DNA from: an uncultured virus (IMG/VR IMGVR_UViG_3300030061_001171)
Taxonomy: Duplodnaviria; Heunggongvirae; Uroviricota; Caudoviricetes
Reading direction: 5' to 3' (one strand)
Virus record (IMG/VR): IMGVR_UViG_3300030061_001171
DNA length: 64,000 nt
Positions 43,946 through 53,600 of the stretch are shown here, in pieces. Made by a program: the position numbers and the translations under genes. A model generated the notes under the pieces. The model ran no database searches, was not told the DNA's origin, and worked only from the letters and a program-made list of their open reading frames with translations. Every line of letters starts with the position of its first letter. Position 1 is the stretch's first letter.

Positions 43946-44009
43946 AGCAGGGCAACAGGAACTTATTATTAAATTAAAATCTATTAGCGCAGAACAGAAT
44001 AGGAGGTAA
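43827..44009 (+). CDS. Small conserved podophage protein upstream of portal block
   Basis: SD GGAGGAG; P.VDPKLVEQLEKLYP...RAGQQELIIKL pattern. Confidence 0.7.
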   Translation: MKFPYVDPKLVEQLEKLYPPLNPSLEDVKDPHLSLSLAHRAGQQELIIKLKSISAEQNRR

Positions 44010-44012
44010 GCC

Positions 44013-45323
44013 ATGGGAGCGGTTGGAATAGGAGGAACGGAAGTACTTGAAGATTTTACTTTAGCTGATATGCAAGAAACCGGAACAGTCGAATTTCGGC
44101 TTGAGGATATTGCAAATAGAGTTTATAATCAAGTTCATAGAGGTAACCGAGGTGAATGGGGCAGTCAATATCATATGCACGATTCTTTAGAAGACAACGC
44201 TCCAGAACAGCATCAATTAAACATAATGGCTGAATTTTATAATAATTTTGGTGGTGTCATTGGAAATATTACAGATGACTTTACTAATACTTTAGGTAAA
44301 TTAGAGATTAAAGAAGATTATTTACAAGCAACTCAAAAAGAATTAACCTCTATTGTAGGTAGTATTGAAGAAGCTGCAAAACTATTAGAACGTCCTTCAA
44401 AGAAAAAAATTAGATCTTTAGGCGATTTAACAAATAGTTATAAACAAGTTAAATTTGCTCGGCAGGCAGCAGCTTCTGAGTTAGAAGTACAGAGTATTGA
44501 CACCGGCCCTACTATTTCATACGTCGATCCCATTACAGGTAAAACGGTAACAAGAAACCAATTTAGAGGGGCAGATCCTACAGAACATTTAGGGTCGTTT
44601 AATACGCAAGCTTTAAACGATTCAAAAGCTTACTTTAAAAATAGGGTATATGCTGATAGCGTAGGAAGATTTAACGTACAAAAAAATAGAATCCAAGAAT
44701 GGTGGGATAGCGCAGACCATCAATTGACAGTAATAGGTCAAGATCACAACGGAATGGATGTTTTAGGATATTCAAATTTTGATGTTGATCATGTTCTTAC
44801 GATGGGAGGAGGACTTGGATGGTTAAGTGGGGCAGAAGGGGGCGTTATTACTCAAACCGCAATGAATTCCTTCTTATCTGGAAGTATGGACGGGCGTATG
44901 CAACAAACCGCTGAAAGGGATGCTTTTAATTCTTTAGTTGGTTTTTCTACTTTACGAGAAGATAATAATTGGCATCACAATATTGGAGCAGGTGGCATAT
45001 TAAGTTTAGAAGATCACATGAAAGAAACTATTTATGATCAATTAGCGGCTCTTACAACAAATCTTTATGGCGGGTTATATTCTACTGCTTCTTCTCAATT
45101 AGGGGGAACATTAGCTGCTGCCAATGCTGGTTTTGGTACTGCTATGGAAGCTTTTAAAGCAAGCGAAGAACAAAAATATGTTGCAGGAGAAAAACAAAAA
45201 GCACTTAGACAATCTCTTAGAGATTTAGATGAAGTATTTGCCGCTAATAAAAGAAGATTATTACCTAAAGAAAACAAACCTAAAGCTAGGTTTACTGGAT
45301 TTAAAGGAGCTAGACCACAATGA
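44013..45323 (+). CDS. Hypothetical protein, probably virion-associated (436 aa)
   Basis: SD AGGAGGT; position two genes upstream of portal. Confidence 0.65.
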   Translation: MGAVGIGGTEVLEDFTLADMQETGTVEFRLEDIANRVYNQVHRGNRGEWGSQYHMHDSLEDNAPEQHQLNIMAEFYNNFGGVIGNITDDFTNTLGKLEIKEDYLQATQKELTSIVGSIEEAAKLLERPSKKKIRSLGDLTNSYKQVKFARQAAASELEVQSIDTGPTISYVDPITGKTVTRNQFRGADPTEHLGSFNTQALNDSKAYFKNRVYADSVGRFNVQKNRIQEWWDSADHQLTVIGQDHNGMDVLGYSNFDVDHVLTMGGGLGWLSGAEGGVITQTAMNSFLSGSMDGRMQQTAERDAFNSLVGFSTLREDNNWHHNIGAGGILSLEDHMKETIYDQLAALTTNLYGGLYSTASSQLGGTLAAANAGFGTAMEAFKASEEQKYVAGEKQKALRQSLRDLDEVFAANKRRLLPKENKPKARFTGFKGARPQ

Positions 45324-45805
45324 TTAATTTTGTACCACCCGGAAAACTAAACGGGAATTTATATGGCCCGTATTATGGAGGCGCACCTGTTATGCAACAG
45401 ATTGATCCTGCGGCGTTAATGCAAGCTCAAGCGGACGCGGATCAACGAATGGCTCAACTGACTTTAGACCAAAGAGCAATGGAACTAGATTTCCAAAGAG
45501 AACGAGAAGCTTTTGCATTATCTCAAAGAGATCAAGAAACACAAGTTGCTATGATGGAACAGTCTATTCAAGAAGCAATGGAAAGTCTTTTAACAGGTGA
45601 AATTGAAGAGCAAGAAGAGGCAGAAGAAACCGGTCAGATTAACTTAGACTTTACTACTTCTCTTTTAGACGCTATGCAAAACTACGGAGGAATGGGCGTA
45701 CCCCCCGGTGCTGGACAACCCGGTACTGGCGGNNNNNNNNNNNNNNNTCCAACTCAGCCTAACCCAGCTATGGGCGGCGGTTCACCTATGGGGAGGCCAG
45801 TCTGA
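45320..45805 (+). CDS. Gln/Pro/Gly-rich protein upstream of portal (contains assembly gap)
   Basis: SD AAGGAG; TGATG coupling to portal; 15 N at 45733-45747. Confidence 0.6.
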   Translation: MINFVPPGKLNGNLYGPYYGGAPVMQQIDPAALMQAQADADQRMAQLTLDQRAMELDFQREREAFALSQRDQETQVAMMEQSIQEAMESLLTGEIEEQEEAEETGQINLDFTTSLLDAMQNYGGMGVPPGAGQPGTGXXXXXXPTQPNPAMGGGSPMGRPV

Positions 45806-47370
45806 TGTCAGTAATTCCACCAGAAGGAAGTATCTATGAACGATTCAGAACTTTAGATACGGATAGAACAAGTAAACTTGATCGTGCTAGAGCGTGTTCT
45901 GCGTTAACGATTCCATCGGTTCTTCCTCCTGAAACTTGGACTGAACGAGATGCGTTGATTCAACCATCAAGCTCTATGCCAAGCCGTGGAGTAACTAATC
46001 TTGCTTCTCGAATGCTTAGTGCTTTAATTCCTTTAAATGATTTACCTTTCTTTCAGTTTGAGGCTGAAACAGGTATTAGCTTAGAGCCTAAGTTACAAGC
46101 TTACTTACAGTCTTTATCAATGCAAGTGTATACTAAGATTGTCGGAAAGAATTTTAGAGAAACCATTTTCTCTGCTTTGCAACATCTTATTATTACTGGT
46201 GATTGTATTCTTGTTATGGAAGATGATTTTAATTATCGTTTAATCCGACAAGATCATTATGTTATTCGTCGTGATATTGTTGGCGCACCTATTGAAATTA
46301 TTCATTTAGAATTTATCGCTAATAGTTCTGATGAGCCAGCTTTAGAAAACTACGGCGTTACTGATTCAACAAATAGAAAAGGTTACGATACGGTTTATGT
46401 AAGACTTACCTATAATGAAACTGAAAAAGAATGGGATGTGTTACGTGAAAACGAAGAAGGTGATTTTATTTCCTCGGGTAAGTACAAGGTTCTTCCTTAC
46501 GCCTGCCTTCGGTGGATTGGAATCCCCGGAGAAAACTATGGTCGAGCGCACTGCGAAGAGATCTTTGGTGACATTCAGACATTAGAAGCATATACCCAAG
46601 CTATGCTTGAAGGTATGGCCGCAGCTAGTGCCTTCTGGATTGGTATTAATCCAGCCGGTGTAACTAATATTGAAGACGTAGCTGGTAGAGATAACGGATC
46701 GTATATTTCAGCGCGTCGAGAAGATGTGTTTACCCTGTCTCCGTCAGATACTTTAACCCCACAAATTCAATCTATCTCTGCTGCTGTTGAAGCCATGAGG
46801 CGAGAGGTCTCGGTGGCTTTCTTAATGTCAGCCGGTGCTATCCCCTCAGGTGATCGTGTTACCGCTACGGCAGTCCGAATGATTGGGTCTGAATTAGAAA
46901 CTATTCTTGGTGGTGCCTTCTCCTCTATTGCTAGAGAGATGATGGTCCCCATTGTTAAACGTGCGGTCTTTGTTATGATTGACGAAGGTCTTATTGATCC
47001 TGAGTTAGCAGAAGAATTTTCCGAAGACGGTAAACTTTCTGTTGAAATCGTCACTGGATTGCAAGCACTGTCACGCGATACCGATTTAACTAAACTTATT
47101 CAATTAGGTGAGATGGTCCGAAACCTCCCACCACAATCGTTGGCTACCTTTAAATGGGATGCCTACACAACCGCATTAATTTCCTCACTTGGTTTTGATC
47201 CGAGTAACTGGGTCAAGTCAGAGGATGAAGTACAACTTGAACAACAAGCTGCAATGCAACAGCAGATGGCTATGCAAGCTGAAGCGCAAGGGGCGCAACA
47301 GGCAATGGCTGCTGCATCGGGTATTGCACAACAAGCAATTGGTCAGCGATTAACTCCGGGCCAAGCTTAA
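45805..47370 (+). CDS. Portal (head-to-tail connector, T7 gp8-like)
   Basis: LTIPS, RGVTNLASRML, GENYGR, DRVTATAVR..ELE..LGG, IVTGLQALSR. Confidence 0.96.
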   Translation: MSVIPPEGSIYERFRTLDTDRTSKLDRARACSALTIPSVLPPETWTERDALIQPSSSMPSRGVTNLASRMLSALIPLNDLPFFQFEAETGISLEPKLQAYLQSLSMQVYTKIVGKNFRETIFSALQHLIITGDCILVMEDDFNYRLIRQDHYVIRRDIVGAPIEIIHLEFIANSSDEPALENYGVTDSTNRKGYDTVYVRLTYNETEKEWDVLRENEEGDFISSGKYKVLPYACLRWIGIPGENYGRAHCEEIFGDIQTLEAYTQAMLEGMAAASAFWIGINPAGVTNIEDVAGRDNGSYISARREDVFTLSPSDTLTPQIQSISAAVEAMRREVSVAFLMSAGAIPSGDRVTATAVRMIGSELETILGGAFSSIAREMMVPIVKRAVFVMIDEGLIDPELAEEFSEDGKLSVEIVTGLQALSRDTDLTKLIQLGEMVRNLPPQSLATFKWDAYTTALISSLGFDPSNWVKSEDEVQLEQQAAMQQQMAMQAEAQGAQQAMAAASGIAQQAIGQRLTPGQA

Positions 47371-47379
47371 GGAGAACAC

Positions 47380-48267
47380 ATGTCTGAAGAAATTACGAAT
47401 AATGTTGAAGCTGCCCCTGTTGAGGCCGCTCCCGCAGAAACTCCAGCACCTCCTGTACAGGGGTCACCGGAGTATAACCAAGAGATGGCTGCTCTTGGAA
47501 AAGCAAATCAAGATGTCCTAAACAATAACGTTCCTGAGAAGTTTCGTCAAGAAGATGGATCGATTGATATTGCTGCTATGGCTAAGTCTTATTCTGAGCT
47601 TGAAAAACAGTTTCACAATAAGGAAGCCCAGCCAGAAACCCCTCCTCCTGTTGAACCCGTTAAACCTAACGAACAGCAGGAATTTAGAATTCCAACTCCA
47701 GAAGAAGTAATTCAGAAACAAACTGAACCTGCTGGAGTTACGGAAGAAGATTATAGTTCATGGAGTAAGGAGCTTGTTCGCGCAGGTGAGCTTACTCCAG
47801 AAACTAGAGAATCTATTAAACAAAAAACTGGATTTAACGACAAAATGATTAATGATTTCGTCTTTGCTCAGAAAGCTAAACAGAAAGAAGCTTTCGGCAT
47901 GGCGGCTCAGACGGTCGGTGGTCCGGAACGATTATCAGGAATGCTAGAGTGGGCAGCAAATAACCTTCCTAAAGAGAAGCAGATGGTTCTCAATGAAAGG
48001 CTTGCTGGAGCTGATTATGATATCACCCTCCAAGGTATTGCCTCGATGTATGATAAGGCTATGGCTAATGCGCCTCGCGCTCAGGAGCCGGTTCCTCAGC
48101 CAAATCAAGTTCCAAATCCAGCGGGTAGACCTATCGTAGAAGGCTTTGCTTCCTATGGTGAGTTTACCCAAGCACGATCAGACCCTCGATACATGCAGGA
48201 TGCAAAGTATCGGAGTGCTGTAGAGGAACGAATGGTGAGGACTAATTGGCAAAGTCTTCCACGTTAA
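47380..48267 (+). CDS. Capsid scaffolding protein (T7 gp9-like)
   Basis: PEKF...MAKSYSELEK, VGG..MLEWAANNL, SDPRYMQDAKYR..VEER. Confidence 0.93.
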   Translation: MSEEITNNVEAAPVEAAPAETPAPPVQGSPEYNQEMAALGKANQDVLNNNVPEKFRQEDGSIDIAAMAKSYSELEKQFHNKEAQPETPPPVEPVKPNEQQEFRIPTPEEVIQKQTEPAGVTEEDYSSWSKELVRAGELTPETRESIKQKTGFNDKMINDFVFAQKAKQKEAFGMAAQTVGGPERLSGMLEWAANNLPKEKQMVLNERLAGADYDITLQGIASMYDKAMANAPRAQEPVPQPNQVPNPAGRPIVEGFASYGEFTQARSDPRYMQDAKYRSAVEERMVRTNWQSLPR

Positions 48268-48324
48268 GAAAACAGATAGATTAAACAGAGATGTTTATGA
48301 TATTTGTGGGATTGACAAGCTAAC

Positions 48325-48349
48325 GTTGAACCCGAAAGGATAATTCAAC
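48325..48349 (+). promoter_or_regulatory. Stem-loop in capsid mRNA leader
   Basis: GTTGAA-C-CC-GAAA-GG-ATAA-TTCAAC: 6-bp stem, internal loop, GNRA cap. Confidence 0.5.
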
Positions 48350-48416
48350 CGTGACTATTGCTGTAATTTATTTACTTTATTATTAAACAATTACACAATT
48401 CTCAAGGAGAATTATT

Positions 48417-49823
48417 ATGACTTTTTATAACAATACTGGAGCTAACTCCTTTAAAGGCGTTGGTAACATGGGAACCGTTCCGGGTACGGATGCTCTTACT
48501 GGCGATCCGTTCCGTACTACTATGTCTGGTGCTACCCCCGGTGGTGCTGATGGTACTTCTAAACTTTGGCTTCCTATTTGGTCTGGCGAAGTGATGTACG
48601 CTTACGATCAGTACCGTGTTTTTGAACCCCTCGTCGAGTCACGAACTATTGCTTCGGGTCGCGCTATGGAGTTCCCGATCATGGGTACTGTAAACATGAA
48701 GCCTGCATGGTTTGCTGGTGAAGAATTACTGGGTAACACTGGTGATCACGTTAGTAAGACTTTCGCGGTTACTCTTGATAATCGTCCGATTGCTTCTTAC
48801 TTCGAGCTTGATAACATTGACCTTATGATTACTCAGTGGCAGTATCGTCAGGAACTGGCCCGTCAGGCTGGTCAGACGCTTGCTAACGCCCGTGACCTTC
48901 AGATTGGTGCTTACATTGTTCGCGCTGGTCTTGAGGATCTGATTGTTGATGATCCTCGTGCGGGAACTGGTTGGAACAAGAGTCTTGCTGCTTCTACGCT
49001 TTACGGTTCGCCGTTTAGTACTAAGTTAGAGTTTATCGACGCGCCTGACGCTACTGATGCGGAACGTGCTGATGGTGCTCTTGCGCTGCTGGCTGCTATT
49101 GAAGACTTTATGGTTCACTTGCAGGAAATTAACGCTTCGACTGACGGAGTGTACTGCGCTGTGACTCCGCAGACCTTCCACGATATTCGTGCGCTTGGTG
49201 TTGCTCGGGACACTAGTGACCTTGGTGGCGGTGCTGGCCGTCCGTTCTTCGGTGGTGTTGCTGAAGCTGGTGGCCTTGGTACTGGTCTTCGTGACGGTAT
49301 GTTTGGTATTCAGGAAAGTCTTGAATATATGAGTTGCCGTATTCTTAAGACTAACCATATGCCAAACTTTGATGCTAGTAACACTGGTGCCGATGGTGCT
49401 TATGCTGCTAACGTTATTGGCGAAGCTCGGTACAACCTTGACTTTACTGCTCAGGATCCCGCAGGCGGTACTAACACTGAAGTTCTCGCTACTGAAACTA
49501 ACGGTGAACCCGGTGTCAAGGCTCTGCTTTGGCAGTCCAAGTCCGTGGCTTCGCTGTCGCTTCAGGGCATGAAGGTTGATACGGTTGAAGATGTCCGTCG
49601 TAACACCAACTTTACCGTTGCCTCGATGATGGCCGGTACTGGTGTTCTTCGTCCTGAATGTGCTGCTGTTGTTATGGGCGGTTTTGATAACAATAGTGGT
49701 TCTGCTGCTGCTGTTCTTACTCGGTCGTTCGTCCGAACTGCTATGGGTATGATCAATACTGCTGGACCCGAGTACATTAACACCACTGGTGGTGCTTCTC
49801 CGGTTCCCCCGTATTACGGGTAA
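48417..49823 (+). CDS. Major capsid protein (T7 gp10-like)
   Basis: LWLPIWSGEV, RTIASGRAMEFP..G, GTGVLRPECA; strongest codon bias in the window; follows scaffold. Confidence 0.95.
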   Translation: MTFYNNTGANSFKGVGNMGTVPGTDALTGDPFRTTMSGATPGGADGTSKLWLPIWSGEVMYAYDQYRVFEPLVESRTIASGRAMEFPIMGTVNMKPAWFAGEELLGNTGDHVSKTFAVTLDNRPIASYFELDNIDLMITQWQYRQELARQAGQTLANARDLQIGAYIVRAGLEDLIVDDPRAGTGWNKSLAASTLYGSPFSTKLEFIDAPDATDAERADGALALLAAIEDFMVHLQEINASTDGVYCAVTPQTFHDIRALGVARDTSDLGGGAGRPFFGGVAEAGGLGTGLRDGMFGIQESLEYMSCRILKTNHMPNFDASNTGADGAYAANVIGEARYNLDFTAQDPAGGTNTEVLATETNGEPGVKALLWQSKSVASLSLQGMKVDTVEDVRRNTNFTVASMMAGTGVLRPECAAVVMGGFDNNSGSAAAVLTRSFVRTAMGMINTAGPEYINTTGGASPVPPYYG

Positions 49824-49926
49824 AATTGGTAGGATCTATTGGAGGATATTTTTATGTCTTACAAACTCTATTGAAAGAGGTGATCCTATCTCGGCAGCAG
49901 GAGTTGTCGTTACCTGCAAAATTTAT

Positions 49927-49963
49927 CGCCGTGGCCCCCGAAGGGGGGCTGCGGTGTTTTTTT
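49927..49963 (+). terminator. Intrinsic terminator after capsid (T-phi-like)
   Basis: CGCCGTGGCCCCC-GAAG-GGGGGCTGCGGTG then T7. Confidence 0.88.
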
Positions 49964-49979
49964 CTAAGGAGGAAAAACT

Positions 49980-50612
49980 ATGGGTTATATGACTAGATTA
50001 GATGCTGTTAACAAAATGTTAATTTCATCAGGAGAAAACATTGTAAACGATCTTGAAAACCAAAGTGGTGTTGATACTAACATCGCTGAATTTATGTTAG
50101 ATCAAAAAGTAATTGATTATCAGATGAGAGGTCTTGCTAATAATCAAATTAATAGGTGTTATAAAATTACCGCTAAGGGAGAAATTGAGTTACCTCATAA
50201 TACTCTTTCTGGGTGGTTAACCTCTACTCATACAGACTCAGATAATAAACAAATTAGAGGAGTTATTAAGGGTAATCCTCCTTACCTTTATAACTTTACT
50301 AACGATACTACATTCTGGGAACCCGATGAATACAATGTTTATCTGGTGTTAAAGCTAGAGTGGGAAGATATGGACACATCTGTGCAGCAAGCCATTGTCA
50401 TACAGGCTGCTAGAGAATACCAGATGATGTCACAAGGTGACGGAGATGTAGATAGCTACTTAGCTCAGACGGGTATGTACTACGAGTCACAGGCCAAGGG
50501 AGCAGACGCTTCTCAAAAACGATATAATATTTTTAACGGTCCTGAGAATTCTATTTCCAATGCTATTAATAGACAAATCAATACTCGAAGTATTCGATTT
50601 CCTCGTACTTAA
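49980..50612 (+). CDS. Tail tubular protein A (T7 gp11-like)
   Basis: TRLDAVNKMLISSGE..VNDL N-terminus, WEDM...IVIQAAREYQ; position after capsid. Confidence 0.92.
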   Translation: MGYMTRLDAVNKMLISSGENIVNDLENQSGVDTNIAEFMLDQKVIDYQMRGLANNQINRCYKITAKGEIELPHNTLSGWLTSTHTDSDNKQIRGVIKGNPPYLYNFTNDTTFWEPDEYNVYLVLKLEWEDMDTSVQQAIVIQAAREYQMMSQGDGDVDSYLAQTGMYYESQAKGADASQKRYNIFNGPENSISNAINRQINTRSIRFPRT

Positions 50613-50623
50613 GGAGATAGACT

Positions 50624-53600
50624 ATGCCGCCATATGATCGAAGAGCTAGGCAACGTGGTTTTAATACTCGAATTGCTATTCCTACCTTAAGTGGTGGGGT
50701 AGGTAGACAAGCTCCTTCCAAACGTTTAATTTCAGAATCACAAGAAATCCAAAACGCTTTACCTACGTTAGAAAAATCAATTGAAAAACGATCTGGTTTA
50801 GAACAATTAGTTTGTAAAAAAGATGGTATTCTTAAACCTGAAGGTGGTTTAGGTTTACCGGGACCGCAAGGAGCTAGCTCAACTATTACTATTGGAGCGG
50901 CTCCTCTTACTGCTGCTTCTACTTCTATGACTTTTGTTGATAAAGGAGCATTAGCAGTAAACGCATCTGTTAAATTAACCAGCACAGACGGTACTGAGAA
51001 ATCTTATATTTCTTCTAACGATAAAAACAACGGATCGTTAACTGAAGCAACTGCATCTTTTACTTTTACTAATAACTTACCTTTTTCCCCTTCTACTATT
51101 ACATTAATTTCTTCTGACAGTACTTCTAAAACTTATGAATCAACGTCAGGAACTACTGGAGATTTAATAGGAAGTAATGTTGGATTTAATTATGGGCAGT
51201 CTGGAGATTTCTTTTCTGAAACTTTAACTGCTAGTTATTTTCAAGAAGCTGTTTATAGTGCTAATGGGCATAATGCTAATGCTTCAAATACCATGAAATT
51301 TTCTGCTGCGTTAGCTGATGACTCTGAAATTACTTTAACTTCTACTGACGGAACTACATTCACGTTTATAGCCAGATCTGTAGGTACTGGTTTTGTGGGC
51401 GACAAAATAATTTTTAACTCTAATATTAATACAAGAACTCAAGCTAACAATTTAGCCAGTGCTATTAACACAAATATGGCAGGTAAAATTACAGCTAGTG
51501 ATGGAGGCGGGGGACGTATTAACTTTGTTCAAGATGTAGACGGAGTAGGGTCTACTAGTAGATTAATTATAAACAGAGGTATGGTAAACGGATTAGAAGA
51601 ATTACCTAAAAATAGATTCGGTAAATTACACATTACATTATCGGGGCCGGGAAATACAGTCGTTAATATCGAACAATGCGTTGGAGGTTCGACAGGTGAA
51701 ACAACTATTAGTGTGGCTAAAGCTTGGGATCAGTATATTACAGACACCCCCAGTAGTTTTACTGATAGTCTTAACGGCGTTTATTACGGTGTAAACATAG
51801 ATGGAGATGAAGTAGCCTCTAATTTTAAACAAGCAATTGAGTCTGTAAACGGACACACATCGTCAAAATTCACTGTAATTACAAGCGATTCTACTGTAAC
51901 AATTACTCAAGCTACAACAGGAAGTGCGGGCAATACTGTTGTTACTGCTAATAGTACTTTTAATACAACTATAAGTGTAAGCCAAGTTAAAAATTTTACT
52001 GACGGTAACGATTTAAATGGTGTCTTTAACTCAAAGTCACTTACTTTAGAAGATTCTAACGGTACAAAACAAATCTTTAAATTCTTTAATACTATTGAAA
52101 AATCGAAAAGTAAAAGCACTACAGTAGGTACAAAAGATCTTACTACAGTTGACGATATTATTACTCAGTTAGCTGAAACTATTACAAACAATCAGTTAGC
52201 TATGGATGCTACGTATGATTCTACTACTAGTGAATTAAAGCTTACTATGGCTAGCCCCGGAGGTAACGGAATAAGGGTCGTAACAAACGACACTACTTTG
52301 TTTAATGCTACTCAATTTAGGTCAGGACTTTTAGGTAGAAAGTATTTCTTTTATTGGTTCTCTATTAGTGATGATCTTCGGTATCTAGTTGTTATCGACT
52401 ACAGTGCCGCTTCCACTGAAAAATTATTTTACATCTACAGGTTAGATACTAAAACAGGTCTTGTTGAAGATCAGACTCCTGAAACTCAAGACATTGATTC
52501 TACTGTATACGAGTACCTTACTTTTGGTAATGAAACCTACGAAGCTGACGAGGCATTAGATGCAGTCACCATTGGTACTAACATTTTCTTTGTAAACAAG
52601 TTTGTTAAAGCTGGGTTTAGTTCTAATAAAGAAGGCTACAAGTTTAACTTAGCTGGAGAAGTTACCGAAGAAATTGATTACGCAGGAAAAGAAATTGTTT
52701 ATCGTACGTCTTCTGTTGTTGACCCTGATGGCACTGCGTTAATTTATGTTCCTAATAAGGCTTACGTAGGTGGTACAGAGGTCTACAACCAGTACGGCGT
52801 TTGGAAAGCACTTACTGATATTAGGTCAGAAAGTACTGCTCAGTTTGCAGACGATGATGACGGGGAAACTGTTATTGCAGCAGACCCCGGTCCACCTAAC
52901 TACGCAACATCTCAATTTGGTCCAACCGATGCAGCGTTAAACGAAATTTATAATGTTTGGTATCCGTTCACTCCGGTGGTGGGTCCAATTAATCCCACCA
53001 CTCCTACAGATCCTCCAAATCTTCCTTTTGCTGAAGATGGTAAAGGCAGAATTAGGGTTAATACATTTATAACAAATAATACTGGTAATGATTTATATGC
53101 AGAAACAGTGTGGACAGAAGCAATGACCCCTTCTGAATTAGTTGACCCTGATGCTAATGCCCCTGCTACAGCAGAAAGAAAATGGAAATCAGCCGTTGTT
53201 AATGCTAACGGTATTGTTGAAACTGAAGGTGATACGGTATATGATGCTAATCACTCTCGTAAGGTTAAAGACAAAGGGGCTGGAGACTCGTCTCCTGCCG
53301 AAGTAGACGAGTACATTTCTCTTTGGCAATTTGTGCGTGAAGTAAAACAGATTCCTGTAGAGGACAACCGTTATGTTGATAGAACTAAGCAGTACTTAGG
53401 TCAGGCTTACAGTGACTTCTCTAACGTTAAGTTACCTCCGCATCCTACTGACCCTACGGATATTGTTGACATAGCACTTGATGCTAATATCCCAGATGGT
53501 ATTCCTAATTATGATAATGGTCAAGGTAACCTTGTAGGCGAAGCGGCTATTGCTATGGGACTTCTTTATGAAGGTAAAGATATCGGTGATTATGACGATG

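Noticed and set aside
45733..45747. Run of 15 N
   Set aside because: Assembly gap in a Gly/Pro-rich low-complexity segment, not a biological feature; true length unknown
48312..48344. Sigma-70 promoter TTGACA...GATAAT before capsid
   Set aside because: Spacer of 21 nt is too long
49854..49967. TGA readthrough or alternative genetic code after the capsid gene
   Set aside because: TGA, TAG and TAA all serve as normal stops in conserved genes and no suppressor tRNA is present
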